Source: Chloroflexaceae bacterium (GTDB taxonomy: Bacteria; Chloroflexota; Chloroflexia; Chloroflexales; Chloroflexaceae). From it: DNA of 64,000 nucleotides. Shown here piece after piece: positions 9,199-20,054 of the stretch (positions within the stretch are counted from its first letter, which is position 1; each line of letters starts with the position of its first letter). The notes under the pieces are model-generated. The model had not been told where the DNA came from. It did no database searches and saw nothing but the letters and a program-made list of their open reading frames with translations. Where the stretch lies: assembly GCA_034436755.1 (NCBI GenBank), contig DAOTVB010000015.1:56516-120515 (forward strand), read 5' to 3'. The position numbers and the translations under genes were made by a program.

Positions 9199-10980
9199 AT
9201 GTTCCGTTCGCATACCTGCGGCGAGTTGCGTTCAGAATACGCTGGACACGAAGTCACGCTGGCGGGCTGGGTTAATCGCCGACGCGATCACGGCCCGCTG
9301 ATTTTTATCGATCTGCGCGATCGCTATGGGATGACTCAGGTTGTCTTTGATGCCAACGGCGCGCCCGAGGCCCACGCCGTTGCGAGTGAGGCCCGGCCGG
9401 AATATGTTTTGCAGGTGCGCGGCCTGGTGCGCCCTCGCCCCGAAGATGCGATCAACCCGGAGATTACGACCGGCGCCATTGAGGTGCAGGCTGTTTCGGC
9501 CAATGTGCTTAACACCGCCCGCACTCCGCTACCGCTCTATATCTCCAAGGAGGGCAACGAGGAAGAAGCGTTGCGCCTCAAATATCGCTATCTCGATCTG
9601 CGGCGCGAGCGGATGCAGCAGAACCTGATCCTGCGCCATCGCGTGGTCAAGTTTATGCGCGATTTCCTGGACCGCGAGGGCTTTGTCGAGATTGAAACGC
9701 CCATCCTGATCAAGTCTACGCCGGAGGGCGCGCGGGACTACCTGGTGCCCAGCCGGCTGCATGCGGGCAAGTTCTATGCGCTGCCACAGAGCCCCCAGCA
9801 ACTCAAGCAGTTGCTGATGATTGCGGGCTACGATAAATATTTTCAGATTGCGCGTTGCTTCCGGGACGAAGATCAGCGGGCCGACCGCCAGCCTGAGTTT
9901 ACCCAGCTTGACCTGGAGATGAGCTTCGTGGAGCAAGAGGATGTGATTAATCTGATGGAGCGCCTCTTCACCGAGTTGGTCCGCGAGGTGACACCGCATA
10001 AGCGGCTGATTACCCCCTTCCCCCGAATGACCTATGCCGAGGCTATGGCAACGTATGGCACCGACCGGCCTGATCTGCGCTATGGTCTGGAACTGGTGGA
10101 TCTTTCGGATCTGGTTGCCCAGACCGAATTTAAGGTGTTTCGCGGCGCACTGGAGCAGGGCGGTCAGGTTAAAGGGGTACGTATCCCGGGCTGTGGTGGT
10201 TACAGCCGCAAACAACTGGACGAAGTGACCGATCTGGCACGCAACGCGGGGGCGAAGGGCCTGGCCTGGGCCGCACTGCCTGAGGAGAACAGCGCCGAAA
10301 TCCGCTCGTCGTTCGGGCGCTTTGTGACTGATACCGAGATGAGCGATATCGTTACGCGGCTGGCGGGGCAGCCGGGCGATCTGCTGCTGCTGGTTGCCGA
10401 TCAGCCTGCCGTTGTTGCTATGGTGCTGGACCGACTGCGGCGGGAGTTTGCGCTACGGCTGAAACTGATCGACACGGAACTGCTATCGTTTGCCTGGATT
10501 GTCGATTTCCCACTGGTTGAGTGGAATGAAGATGAGCAACGCTGGGATGCCGTTCATCATCCCTTTACCGCGCCGCTTGACGCAGATCTGGCGCTGCTTG
10601 ATAGTGATCTCGGTAAAGTGCGCGCTAAAGCCTACGACCTGATCCTCAATGGCTATGAGGCGGGCGGCGGCAGCATCAGAATTCACCGCCGCGATATTCA
10701 GCAGAAAATGTTCGCCAGCCTGGGGATCAGCCCGGAGGAAGCCCAGGCCCAGTTCGGGCATATGCTCGAGGCATTCGAGTATGGCGCTCCACCGCACGGC
10801 GGCATTGCGCCCGGCATCGACCGATTGGTTATGATCCTGGCTGATGAGCCGACCATCCGTGAGGTCATGGCGTTTCCGAAAACGCAGCAGGCAATTGACC
10901 TTATGACCAGCGCGCCATCGCCCGTCGATGAACGTCAACTCAAAGAACTGCACATTGCGCTACGCGAAAAACCGGTGTAA
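9199..10980 (+). CDS. aspS: Aspartyl-tRNA synthetase
   Basis: 593 aa with class II aaRS motifs and a typical AspRS N-terminal OB fold ([11 protein letters not shown]). AGAGGAG RBS upstream. Confidence 0.95.
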   Translation: MFRSHTCGELRSEYAGHEVTLAGWVNRRRDHGPLIFIDLRDRYGMTQVVFDANGAPEAHAVASEARPEYVLQVRGLVRPRPEDAINPEITTGAIEVQAVSANVLNTARTPLPLYISKEGNEEEALRLKYRYLDLRRERMQQNLILRHRVVKFMRDFLDREGFVEIETPILIKSTPEGARDYLVPSRLHAGKFYALPQSPQQLKQLLMIAGYDKYFQIARCFRDEDQRADRQPEFTQLDLEMSFVEQEDVINLMERLFTELVREVTPHKRLITPFPRMTYAEAMATYGTDRPDLRYGLELVDLSDLVAQTEFKVFRGALEQGGQVKGVRIPGCGGYSRKQLDEVTDLARNAGAKGLAWAALPEENSAEIRSSFGRFVTDTEMSDIVTRLAGQPGDLLLLVADQPAVVAMVLDRLRREFALRLKLIDTELLSFAWIVDFPLVEWNEDEQRWDAVHHPFTAPLDADLALLDSDLGKVRAKAYDLILNGYEAGGGSIRIHRRDIQQKMFASLGISPEEAQAQFGHMLEAFEYGAPPHGGIAPGIDRLVMILADEPTIREVMAFPKTQQAIDLMTSAPSPVDERQLKELHIALREKPV

Positions 10981-11159
10981 GGACGTTTTTACTAGTGATG
11001 GTAATATGCAGCACCCCCGTAGACAATCTGCCGAAAATGGAGCAACTATGGACTCAAACCGGGGCAAATACGTTATACTATATGCACCCATCACCAATAA
11101 CCCTCCGCGTCAGGAGAACTGCCTCCGGCGTTGCGCATCAGGGAAAGGGGACACAGCCG

Positions 11160-12122
11160 ATGTCAAAACGTATCCTTATCGTCGATGACGACATCAACAT
11201 CCGACGGATTGTTACACTGGCACTCACTGAAGACTCGTCATATATTGTCAGTTCCGTGTCTTCCGGTGAGGCCGCACTCCTGCATATTTCACGCCAGCCG
11301 GTCGATCTCCTCTTCACCGACATCAAAATGCCCGGCATGGATGGGCTTGAGCTTGTCCGTCGTGTAAGGGAACTTGATCCTGATACGGCTGTGATTGTCT
11401 TTACGGTCAGTCCACAGGATTTGTCACCGGAACGAGCTACGGAACTCAAGGTCGATTGTCTATTGGAGAAACCGATTTCGCCGGACCAGTTGCGGCTGGC
11501 GGTTGATCTCTTGCTGGACCCGACCAGGCTGGCACCATCCACGAATAAGCCGAAACCGGCAAGCCCGGCCCCACCGCCCCAACCGGCGGCGCCGGAAACC
11601 CCGGCGGCCCCGGTACGCCCCAAAGCGCGCGAGACATCGCCCCTGAATCAGGCGATTGCCCAGCGCCGCCGCGAAACCGCGCCGCTCAACCCGGCACCCG
11701 TGGCGGTGCGCCTGGGGGGACGCGGCACTGCCGGGCGCTCGTACAGCGAGGCGCAGATTGAAGCTATGCGCGCTGCCCTCAAAGAATTGGCGATGGAGCC
11801 GGGGGTCCACAGCGCACTGCTGGCGGATATGAGCGGCATTGTGTTGACGCACTGGAGCCGCTACCGGGATATCAATGTCACGGTGGTTGCGGCACTGGCA
11901 GCGGGCAACTCACTGGCGCTGGCCGAGATTGGGCGCAATATGGGGCAGCGCCATCCCGGCCGCCTGGTCATTCAGGAGGGCGACGATCAGAGCATCCTGA
12001 TGGCGCATATGGAAGATCTGCTGCTGCTGCTGGCACTGAGTGCCGATACCTCGCTTGGCTGGGCGCGGATTGCGACCATGCGCGCCTGCGAGGAGATTCT
12101 GCGTATTGCACACGGAGATTAA
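11160..12122 (+). CDS. Response regulator receiver domain fused to a C-terminal Roadblock/LC7 (MglB-like) domain via a Pro/Ala-rich linker
   Basis: A REC domain (ILIVDDD...DLLFTDIKMPGMDGLEL) is followed by a PAPPPQPAAP linker and a Roadblock-like segment (GVHSALLADMSGIVL...). The internal ATG at 11160 has a GGGAAAGGGG RBS; the track ORF start at 10995 is an N-terminal overextension. Confidence 0.68.
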   Translation: MSKRILIVDDDINIRRIVTLALTEDSSYIVSSVSSGEAALLHISRQPVDLLFTDIKMPGMDGLELVRRVRELDPDTAVIVFTVSPQDLSPERATELKVDCLLEKPISPDQLRLAVDLLLDPTRLAPSTNKPKPASPAPPPQPAAPETPAAPVRPKARETSPLNQAIAQRRRETAPLNPAPVAVRLGGRGTAGRSYSEAQIEAMRAALKELAMEPGVHSALLADMSGIVLTHWSRYRDINVTVVAALAAGNSLALAEIGRNMGQRHPGRLVIQEGDDQSILMAHMEDLLLLLALSADTSLGWARIATMRACEEILRIAHGD

Positions 12123-12142
12123 CCCGGCTAGAAAGGGCAACT

Positions 12143-12604
12143 GTGGCGGCACACTTTTTCAGCTACCAGCGGCGCGGACTGGGGGTTCTGCTGGCCTGGG
12201 GGTCCGGCAATGCAGCCGCCGGAATACCCATGCTACTCAGCCAGGATGAACTGATACGCCAGTTCGGGCTCCAGACGCTGATCTGGGGTGCAATCGATGC
12301 GGCCCTGGCGCTGGCGGGACGCCACAGCGCGCAACAGAAGGCCGAACGCTACGAACGGGGCGAACTGGACAACCAGGCCGGGGTGCAGGAGGCGCGTACG
12401 TTGCGCCGCATTCTGCTGGTGAATGCCGGCCTGGATGTTGGCTATGTGCTGGGGGGCACCTGGGCCATGCGCGCCTTCCCTGACCGGCGCGATCGGCGCG
12501 GCATGGGGCTGGGCATTGTCGTGCAGGGGCTGTTTCTGCTGATCTATGATAGTCTGTTTGCCTGGGATCTCAGCCGCCGCTGGTTAAAGCAACCACCGGC
12601 ATAG
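12143..12604 (+). CDS. Hypothetical small membrane protein; GTG start
   Basis: 153-aa ORF with 3-4 hydrophobic segments; no recognisable family. Confidence 0.4.
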   Translation: MAAHFFSYQRRGLGVLLAWGSGNAAAGIPMLLSQDELIRQFGLQTLIWGAIDAALALAGRHSAQQKAERYERGELDNQAGVQEARTLRRILLVNAGLDVGYVLGGTWAMRAFPDRRDRRGMGLGIVVQGLFLLIYDSLFAWDLSRRWLKQPPA

Positions 12605-12623
12605 CTGCATACATCCCGGCCTG

Positions 12624-13748
12624 TTGTATCTTCATAATGAGGTTATGGTTCCGCGAACCCTATTTCCACTCTTGCAGTGTCCCACCTGCCACTCACGTCA
12701 ACTGTATGTGCTTGACGCGGGGGTTTGCTGTGCGAGCTGCAATACTATCTACCCGGTGCATGCCGGCTATATCGACCTGATGCCGCGCGGCACAGCCTTT
12801 GACTACACCTCCAAGTATGTTTCTGAGGAAGAAGCGCTGGCGGAAGAACTGGACTACCGCGAACTGGCCCCACCGCTGCTGGCCGCCGGTCTGCGCAACC
12901 ATGCCCTGGTACGGTTGCTCCAGTTTCAGCCGGGGGATGTCGTGCTGGACAATGGCTGCGGCACCGCGAAGTTTGCCGCCTGGAATGCTCACCGCGTCGG
13001 GTTGATGGTCGGGAGCGATCCGGCCACGCTCTTTGCCGACGCTGCTGTGGATCAGGTCGCTCTGGCAAAGTCCGACTCGCGGGTGTTGCCCTTTGCCGAC
13101 AACAGCTTTGACAAAGCCTTCTCCATCGATGTGCTGGAACACTTTCCCCGCGATGTGATCGACGCCTACCTGCAAGAGACTGCCCGCGTCCTGCGGCCCG
13201 GCGGGCGCTTTCTGGCGTTTTCCAACACCCGGGAGCCATCGTCACTCCAGCCGCTGATTAATCTCAGCCGGGCGTTGGGACGGCTGTTTGTGCGCATGGG
13301 GTTGTACGATTTTCAGCGGGAAGCCCGCCGCAAATCCGATCATATCAAGGCGCTGGCGACCTGGGAAGAGGTCGTGGACGCGATGACCCGGGCGGGGCTG
13401 CGTCCGGTGCGGGTGGTCTTCTGGAACACCGTGTTTACCACGTTTGTCGAGCATGTGCTGATGAAGCTGGGCGAGGTCGCCTTTGGCAGCACGCCCGCCG
13501 GCCGCAAACCGCCGATCAGCGATCACACCCTGCCGGCACTGTCCGCCGAACCGGGCACCAGCGGCACGCAGCGCGAGATCCAGGCACGCCGGTACATGCG
13601 CCGCTACCTGGATCGGCGGGGGCTGGTCTACCGGGCGTTGCGCGCCATTACCCGACTGATGGAGTTGGAACTCTGGTTGTTTGGCCGGTTGCGCAGCGGA
13701 AATTATTTTATCGTCGTTGAGAAACCCTCCCGGAACCGCATGGTGTAA
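12624..13748 (+). CDS. Class I SAM-dependent methyltransferase with an N-terminal Trm112-like zinc ribbon
   Basis: A CPTC...CASC ribbon is followed by SAM motif I (VLDNGCGTAKFA) and a post-II motif (LRPGGRFL). Confidence 0.7.
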   Translation: MYLHNEVMVPRTLFPLLQCPTCHSRQLYVLDAGVCCASCNTIYPVHAGYIDLMPRGTAFDYTSKYVSEEEALAEELDYRELAPPLLAAGLRNHALVRLLQFQPGDVVLDNGCGTAKFAAWNAHRVGLMVGSDPATLFADAAVDQVALAKSDSRVLPFADNSFDKAFSIDVLEHFPRDVIDAYLQETARVLRPGGRFLAFSNTREPSSLQPLINLSRALGRLFVRMGLYDFQREARRKSDHIKALATWEEVVDAMTRAGLRPVRVVFWNTVFTTFVEHVLMKLGEVAFGSTPAGRKPPISDHTLPALSAEPGTSGTQREIQARRYMRRYLDRRGLVYRALRAITRLMELELWLFGRLRSGNYFIVVEKPSRNRMV

Positions 13749-13832
13749 AATAGTAAAATAGAAGCGACACGCAACGTATTCATACATTGCACCCCGGACT
13801 TCCCATTTTGCAGTGGATCTGTGCGATAACCT

Positions 13833-14870
13833 ATGCCAATACGCCCGCTCTACATTTCGCCGGTGGGTCGCGGTGGTGTGGACTTCGGCATCCAGAACAT
13901 CACCCGCTCAGTGCGCGCGGCCGGGTTACCGGCCGAGTTGCTGCGTCTCCCGGAAATCTATAACTTTCTGCCCTTCCTCATCCCATACGGTCTCCCGGCG
14001 GGCTGGTGGCGGGGCTTTGATATCGTCCAGGGGCGCTCACGCCTGGCCTTTGCCCTGCGCGCATCCGGACTGCCGGTGGTGACAACGGTGCATCACCTGA
14101 CCACCGACCCGGCCCTCCAGCCCTATAGCTCGCCGGCGCAGCGGCTGTTTTACCGCCTGGCCGAGTCGCGCTATGATCGCTGGTCGGTGCTCGATGCCGA
14201 TGCGGTGGTTTGTGTCAGCCAGTTTACCCAGCGGCAGGTAACACAGACCTATGGCCGGGTTGACACCGTGCTGATCTTTGATGGGATCGACACAACGGTA
14301 TTTATCCCAACACCAGACTTGGCACGCTCCGACGATGGTCTGCCGCCGAGTGATGCGCGCATCCGGCTGCTCTTTGTGGGCAACCGCACGCGGCGCAAGG
14401 GGTTTGATCTACTGCCGCAGATTATGGATCAGCTTCCCGACGAATATGCGCTATACTATACAAGTGGCTTCCAGGGGCGTGACGCAACCCCGCCGCACCC
14501 CCGGATGATTCCCATCGGTGCGCCGGATCGGGCCGGGTTAGTGGCAGCGTACCAGAGTTGCGATATCTTACTCTTTCCATCGCGTATGGAAGGATTTGGC
14601 ATGGTGCCCGCCGAAGCCCTGGCGTGTGGTCGTCCAGTTGTCACCACCGACTCAAGCGCGCTGCCGGAAGTGGTTGATCATGGCGAGAATGGCTTTCTGG
14701 TGGCGCAGAACGATGTCGCGGGCTTTGCTGCGCGGGTGCAGGAGTTGGGCGAAGATGCGCACCTCCGCCGGCAGTTTGGCGAACATGGGCGCGACAAAAT
14801 TGTGCGCTGCTTTGGGTATGACCAACTGGGGAATGGCTTTCGCGCCGTTTACCAGCGCCTCCTGGGGTAG
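13833..14870 (+). CDS. Glycosyltransferase family 4 (GT-B, group 1)
   Basis: 345 aa. C-terminal GT4 signature (SRMEGFGMVPAEALACGRPVVTTDSSALPEVV...ENGFLV). Confidence 0.8.
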   Translation: MPIRPLYISPVGRGGVDFGIQNITRSVRAAGLPAELLRLPEIYNFLPFLIPYGLPAGWWRGFDIVQGRSRLAFALRASGLPVVTTVHHLTTDPALQPYSSPAQRLFYRLAESRYDRWSVLDADAVVCVSQFTQRQVTQTYGRVDTVLIFDGIDTTVFIPTPDLARSDDGLPPSDARIRLLFVGNRTRRKGFDLLPQIMDQLPDEYALYYTSGFQGRDATPPHPRMIPIGAPDRAGLVAAYQSCDILLFPSRMEGFGMVPAEALACGRPVVTTDSSALPEVVDHGENGFLVAQNDVAGFAARVQELGEDAHLRRQFGEHGRDKIVRCFGYDQLGNGFRAVYQRLLG

Positions 14871-15089
14871 GCAGGTTGCGTTGGGGGTTACGCCGGGTGT
14901 ATAATACCCTTGTTCAATTTATCACAAGCGCTGTAGCCGGATGGATATAATGACAGGTGCATTTCAATGAAGACTGCGCTTTCACATACTGCAAAAGAGC
15001 AGTGCCGGGTTCGTTTGAGTAAGTAACGGCTAAATTCCTCAACATGCGGTTCTGTCGTCAGTGCCCATGTTGATGTCCCGGGAAAAACT

Positions 15090-15530
15090 ATGAAGACATC
15101 GGTGTCCGAATTATTACACGAGGCGCGCATGGCTGCGCCTCATCTTATCTCAATTCGTTCCGACTCGGATATTATCGCGGCGCGGATGGCTGCCCGCGAT
15201 ATGGCGCGAAGTATGGGGTTCAGTGCCATTGATCAGGCGCGCATTGCCACAGCAACCTCCGAATTGACCCGGAATATCCTGATCTACGCCGGCGAGGGAA
15301 CGGTTACGCTTAGCCAGGTGCATCGCGATAACCGGACAGGTATTGAGATGGTGTTTGCAGATCAGGGGCCGGGTATTGCCGAGATTGAGCAGAGCCTGCA
15401 GAATGGCACGTCGGTCGGTGGCATACCAGGCATGGGGTTGGCCGGGACACGTCGCCTGATGGACGAAATGGACATTGAATCGACCATCGGAGTAGGCACC
15501 CGCATCACCTGCCGGAAATGGTTATCCTAG
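15090..15530 (+). CDS. RsbW-like anti-sigma regulatory factor / GHKL serine kinase, orphan
   Basis: 146 aa. Motifs SELTRNILIYAGEG and GMGLAGTRRLMD. Candidate TATAAT promoters upstream. Confidence 0.62.
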   Translation: MKTSVSELLHEARMAAPHLISIRSDSDIIAARMAARDMARSMGFSAIDQARIATATSELTRNILIYAGEGTVTLSQVHRDNRTGIEMVFADQGPGIAEIEQSLQNGTSVGGIPGMGLAGTRRLMDEMDIESTIGVGTRITCRKWLS

Positions 15531-17149
15531 CCCCGCCCGAGTCGGAGTCGCGTGCGCAGCCGTGCCCCAACCTCGCGGGCCTCACGCGACCCCAGTGCCG
15601 CCGCCATGCCGAGATACCCCAGGCTACCCACTCCACCTACGACAGCGACCCATACCAGCAGAAGTAACATGTCTTGCCGCCAGGCGTAGGAACCGCTGAG
15701 CGCCAGAAACGGCAGCCAGGGCAGCGAAAACCGGCGGACCACCCAGAGCAGTAGCGCCAGCCCGCCCGTTGCCAGAACCGTCGCTCCCAATGATCGCCAC
15801 AGCGTTCGTTCCCCCCAGATGCCCGGTCGCCGCCGTCCCAGCATGATGAGTAAGAGCAGCAGTTCGACATTGGTTGCCAGGCTAAATGCCAGCGTCAGCG
15901 CAACGACACCGCCCCCGGACAGCAGCGCCAGGGTGCCAACTCCCAGGTTGAGCGTAACTTGAAGCAGACCGATCAAGACCGGCGTCCAGGTTTGCTGCAT
16001 AGCATAAAATGCGCGGATCAGGATCTCGGCAGCGGCAAAGGCGGGCAGCGCGGTAGCATACCCCAGCAGCGGCATAACCGTGTAGAGTAGCGAAGTCTGA
16101 TCGAACGCAAACCGTTGGTATAGCAGGCGCACCAGTGGTACTGCCAGGATCACGAGGGCCACGGTTGCCGGGATGGTCAGGAACAGAATAGTGCTGAGGG
16201 TGTTACGCACACTCGCGTCCAGTTCGGCGTGGCGATTCTCGGCGATGAGGCGTGCCAGGCGGGGGTAGGCCACGGTGCTCAGGCTGAGCGAGAAGACCCC
16301 ATAGGGCAGCAGCATAAGCTGGTAGGCATAGTTTAATCCGGCCAGTCGCTCGAAGCCCAGGGTCAGCCAGGTTGTCAGCGCAGCCGTTACCAGCAGACTG
16401 ATCTGTGCGGCAGCCTGCCCAAACACGCGCGGCGTCATCTGCTGCGCGATGGTCTTCAGTTCAAGCATACCGCGCCCCAGGGTCAGGTGCAGGCGCATAC
16501 CCATGCCCCAGAGCCCGGGGATCTGCACCAGCAGGTACAGTCCGGCCCCGATAATCACGCCCCAGGCCAGCCCCCAGATATCCAGGAAGGGTACCAGGAA
16601 AATCGCCCCACCGATAATGCCCAGATTGTAAATCGCAGGTGCCAGAGCGGGCAGCGTAAAACGATCTTGCGCATTAAGCGCCGCCATTGCCAGTCCACCC
16701 AACCCCAGCAGCAACGGTGAGAGCAGGAACAGGCGAATAATCCGCGCCGTCAATGCGATATTCGTTTCGGTAGCGTCGAAGAACCAGACGGTAAGCTGCG
16801 GAGCCAGCACCCAGAGCAGCGCACTTGCCAGCGCCAGCAGCGCCAGCGCCCATGTGACGACTGCGCTTGCCAGGTGCCAGGCCCGTTCGCTACCGTCGCG
16901 CTGCCACACCTGGATAAAGACCGGAATAAAACTGCTACCCAGTGCGCCGCCAATAATCACCATATACAACAGGTCGGTTACGCGGAAGGCGGCGTAGTAA
17001 GCGCCCAGGTCAGCGTCCGTGCCAAACCGCGCCGAAATGACCACATCGCGGGCCAGTCCGGTGATTCGGCTCAACAGGGCACCCCCGATGACAATCAGAC
17101 TGTTGAACAGGGGGCTGCGGACCTGGCGGCTCAACCGGGAGAGTTGCAC
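15527..17149 (-). CDS. murJ: Murein biosynthesis integral membrane protein MurJ (lipid II flippase)
   Basis: 540-aa polytopic protein. The N-terminus FNSLIVIGGALLSRITGLARDVVISARFG is typical of MurJ/MviN. Confidence 0.85.
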   Translation of the reverse strand: MQLSRLSRQVRSPLFNSLIVIGGALLSRITGLARDVVISARFGTDADLGAYYAAFRVTDLLYMVIIGGALGSSFIPVFIQVWQRDGSERAWHLASAVVTWALALLALASALLWVLAPQLTVWFFDATETNIALTARIIRLFLLSPLLLGLGGLAMAALNAQDRFTLPALAPAIYNLGIIGGAIFLVPFLDIWGLAWGVIIGAGLYLLVQIPGLWGMGMRLHLTLGRGMLELKTIAQQMTPRVFGQAAAQISLLVTAALTTWLTLGFERLAGLNYAYQLMLLPYGVFSLSLSTVAYPRLARLIAENRHAELDASVRNTLSTILFLTIPATVALVILAVPLVRLLYQRFAFDQTSLLYTVMPLLGYATALPAFAAAEILIRAFYAMQQTWTPVLIGLLQVTLNLGVGTLALLSGGGVVALTLAFSLATNVELLLLLIMLGRRRPGIWGERTLWRSLGATVLATGGLALLLWVVRRFSLPWLPFLALSGSYAWRQDMLLLLVWVAVVGGVGSLGYLGMAAALGSREAREVGARLRTRLRLGRG

Positions 17150-17269
17150 AGGGTATATCCTTCTGCTATAATTTCTCTTCAGTGTGTGTATGGTTAGCTG
17201 TAGAGTATACCACCAGGTAGCGGTTGAACTGCTCTGCGGCGCATGAAAGTATATAGGGAGCGAGAAACC

Positions 17270-17551
17270 TTGGCGAACTCACGTTCAGCAAAGAAACGCA
17301 TTCGCACAAACGCACGCAAACATTTGCGCAATCAGATGTACCGTTCGCGCGTTAAAACCATGATCAAGAAGGCCGAGCAGTCGATTGTCAGCGGCGCACA
17401 GGATGATGAGGCACTGCGCCTCGCTGTGAAGACGCTGGACAAAGCCGCTGTCAAAGGTATCATTCATAAGAACAATGCTGCCCGCCGGAAGTCACGCCTG
17501 ATGAAGAAGTTTAACGCTGCCCGCCAGGAAGCCGCATCGGCCGGCACCTAG
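17270..17551 (+). CDS. rpsT: 30S ribosomal protein S20
   Basis: [21 protein letters not shown]... is a canonical S20 N-terminus. A probable TTG start at 17270 is preceded by a GGGAG RBS; the track ORF start at 17243 is less likely. Confidence 0.82.
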   Translation: MANSRSAKKRIRTNARKHLRNQMYRSRVKTMIKKAEQSIVSGAQDDEALRLAVKTLDKAAVKGIIHKNNAARRKSRLMKKFNAARQEAASAGT

Positions 17552-17569
17552 CTCCTGGGCGGAACGACG

Positions 17570-18547
17570 TTACCCCGGCATGCGCTCCGACCGCGGCCCG
17601 GTTTCCCCACACATCTCGATCACCAGAACTTCAAGCGCTACATCGGCCTGAATACGCCCGGTTTTGATGGCATGATCCATCTCGACCAGGCGGTCATGTA
17701 GCGCTTCGAGTTCATCCGCGCGAAAGTTCCGCGCCTGCCCCAGTGCTTTGCGGACAACAAAGGGCTTCTGTTTGAGTTGTGCTGCGATATCGTCGGCCCG
17801 CATCCGCTGCGCCGCCAGTTGCTGCACCCCCAGCAGAATGCGGACCTGGCGCGCCAGCATAAACATGATGTAGGTTGCTGCCTGGCCTTCCGCCAGCAGC
17901 GCGCGTACTCCGTGCAAGGCCGCGCCGCGCTGCCGCATGCTCAGTGCATCGATAAAGGCAAACAGATTCTGCTCCTGGGCATCCTGCACCAGCAGATCAA
18001 CCACGGCACTGGTTATCTGCCCGCCGCGCCCGACATAGCTTGCCAGCTTATCCAGTTCCGTTGCCAGCGCACGCCCATCGTTGCCGACAAAATCGACCAG
18101 GTGCTGCGCCGCCGCTTTATCCAGCCGGACCTTCAGCCCCTTTGCGCGTTCGTTCAGCCAGCGCAGCAGCTCATTCCCGCTCCGTGGCTGAAATTCCTGC
18201 ACCTGCGCAATCTTCTTGAGATGGGTGAAGAGCGCATTGCGTTTATCTACATCATCATGCTCAAGAAACAGGAGGTCGCAGGTAGGCGGAACTCGCTCCA
18301 GGTAGGCGCGCAGTTCATCTCGATCTTTACCTGCTTTGGCATGCTTCAAAGCATCATTGACGATAACCAGGCGCTTATCAGCCAGGAAGGGGAGCGCTTC
18401 ACATGCGCTTGCCAGGGCATCCAGCTTAAGTTTGCGCCCTTCCAGGGTGGTACTGTTCAGTGCAGCCAGGTCAGGAGGAAGCGTAGCGCGCAACGCCGCA
18501 ACTGCTTCGCTACGAGCAAATTCATCGGGGCCATAGAAGAGGTAGAG
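17570..18547 (-). CDS. holA: DNA polymerase III delta subunit
   Basis: The MLYLFYGPDEF start and overall pattern match HolA. Confidence 0.78.
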   Translation of the reverse strand, partial: LYLFYGPDEFARSEAVAALRATLPPDLAALNSTTLEGRKLKLDALASACEALPFLADKRLVIVNDALKHAKAGKDRDELRAYLERVPPTCDLLFLEHDDVDKRNALFTHLKKIAQVQEFQPRSGNELLRWLNERAKGLKVRLDKAAAQHLVDFVGNDGRALATELDKLASYVGRGGQITSAVVDLLVQDAQEQNLFAFIDALSMRQRGAALHGVRALLAEGQAATYIMFMLARQVRILLGVQQLAAQRMRADDIAAQLKQKPFVVRKALGQARNFRADELEALHDRLVEMDHAIKTGRIQADVALEVLVIEMCGETGPRSERMPG

Positions 18548-18820
18548 CATCTGCCCTCGTTCAGTGCAACGCCGGCCAGGATGATCCGGACCAGAGAGGA
18601 GAGGCAAAAACCCTGCCGGGCCGTGAATGAGCTAGTTTCGAACCTGATACGCTCAGGTGGGTGCCCGTCCACGAGGTCTGCGGACCACCGCATAGCTCGC
18701 TTGATCCAGGCTCCCTATCGAAACTCTGTTGGCTCAAAACATTCACCCATCCACGTACCAGGCGGGGTTAACCCGGATCATACCATACCGCTTCCGAACG
18801 TGCAAGGTGTACAAAAAATC

Positions 18821-19996
18821 TTACCGCCGGGGGCGTTGCGTTGCCACCCCATTCCGCTGCGCCTGATCCAATTGCTGCACGATACCGACCACGAACCGGG
18901 TTGTGCGTTCCAGCATCTGGGCATCGAGGTTTGCCAGCGGTTTAGTGTCGGAGATGGTCACAGGCTCGTCCGTGTGCGATAGAATGGAGAGCACCCGATA
19001 ACTGCGTGCGTAGAGCAGGGTGGCAAGCGAGGGGGCCGTGCGATAGGGACGCGGTTCGGCATTGATCAGCGGATCGCGGGTATCGACCAGTTCGGCCAGT
19101 TGAACCAGCCGGGCATCGGCGGTATGCCGGCGCACCACGCCCTCGCGCGAGGCATAGGTCAACTGACCGGCAGCGATATGTTCCAGGTTGAGAAAGAGTG
19201 TCTGTGCCGCAGGAAAGGGATAGCGTGCCAGCAGATCGCGGACGCCGCTGCTGCCGGTTGCCGTCGCTCCCAGGGCAACGGTCCAGAGTTCCACCGTCTG
19301 CAGCGTCTGCAACTGTTCCGCCGCCGCGAGCAGCACCGCCAGCGCCCCCGCCCCACCGGGCGATGTCCCCAGGCGCGCCCGCTGCGGCAGCAGCAGCAAG
19401 AGCAGGTAGACCGCCGGCAGCACCTGACCATACCACCAGATCTCGCTGGGCGCGAACGCATGTAGCAGCGCCAGCAGCGTCAGCAGACCAAACACCACCA
19501 TCCGGCTGATGAAGGCGACCCGATGCTGACCCAAAAAGCGGTACAACCCGGTTCGGTCGGGGTATGAGTCGAGGGGCGCCAGCAGCACCACCCGCCAGCG
19601 GGGTGCTTTCTCACCCGCGCGTGTGCCGACAATATTCTGGCTGTCGCGCTGCAATGAGAGGGGCGGCAAGGGGATAACCAGTGCATCACCCAGGGTCAGG
19701 AGAAAGCCCCAGAGCGCCAGCAGGAACGAGGGGAGCGGCAGCCAGCGGGTCAGCAGCGCAGCGGTCAACCCCAGCAGTGCCAGCAGGGGATAGGTCAACC
19801 CGGCGTGCGTGGCGGCGCGGAAGGTATCAGCGTTGACACGCATACCCGCACGCCGCAACCGCCCATCAACATAGGCGGCGGCCTGCGCCTCGGCCAGCGA
19901 GGTTGCCTGACGCGGCCCGATGACCGTCACCAGATGGCGAACGACTTCGAGCGCGTCATTCCGGCGCGAACGTGAAAGCATAAGTTTGCTGACCAC
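18821..19996 (-). CDS. M28-family peptidase-like membrane protein, possibly non-catalytic
   Basis: M28-like blocks (NIVGTRAGE, VVLLAPLDSY) are interrupted by about 4 TM helices. The canonical His/Asp metal ligands are not obvious. Confidence 0.5.
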   Translation of the reverse strand: MVSKLMLSRSRRNDALEVVRHLVTVIGPRQATSLAEAQAAAYVDGRLRRAGMRVNADTFRAATHAGLTYPLLALLGLTAALLTRWLPLPSFLLALWGFLLTLGDALVIPLPPLSLQRDSQNIVGTRAGEKAPRWRVVLLAPLDSYPDRTGLYRFLGQHRVAFISRMVVFGLLTLLALLHAFAPSEIWWYGQVLPAVYLLLLLLPQRARLGTSPGGAGALAVLLAAAEQLQTLQTVELWTVALGATATGSSGVRDLLARYPFPAAQTLFLNLEHIAAGQLTYASREGVVRRHTADARLVQLAELVDTRDPLINAEPRPYRTAPSLATLLYARSYRVLSILSHTDEPVTISDTKPLANLDAQMLERTTRFVVGIVQQLDQAQRNGVATQRPRR

Positions 19997-20054
19997 TAAA
20001 TGCTGAAGACTGCGTCACGCCGACGCGGGTCAGCCTTCGCCTTTAGTCTTCAGC

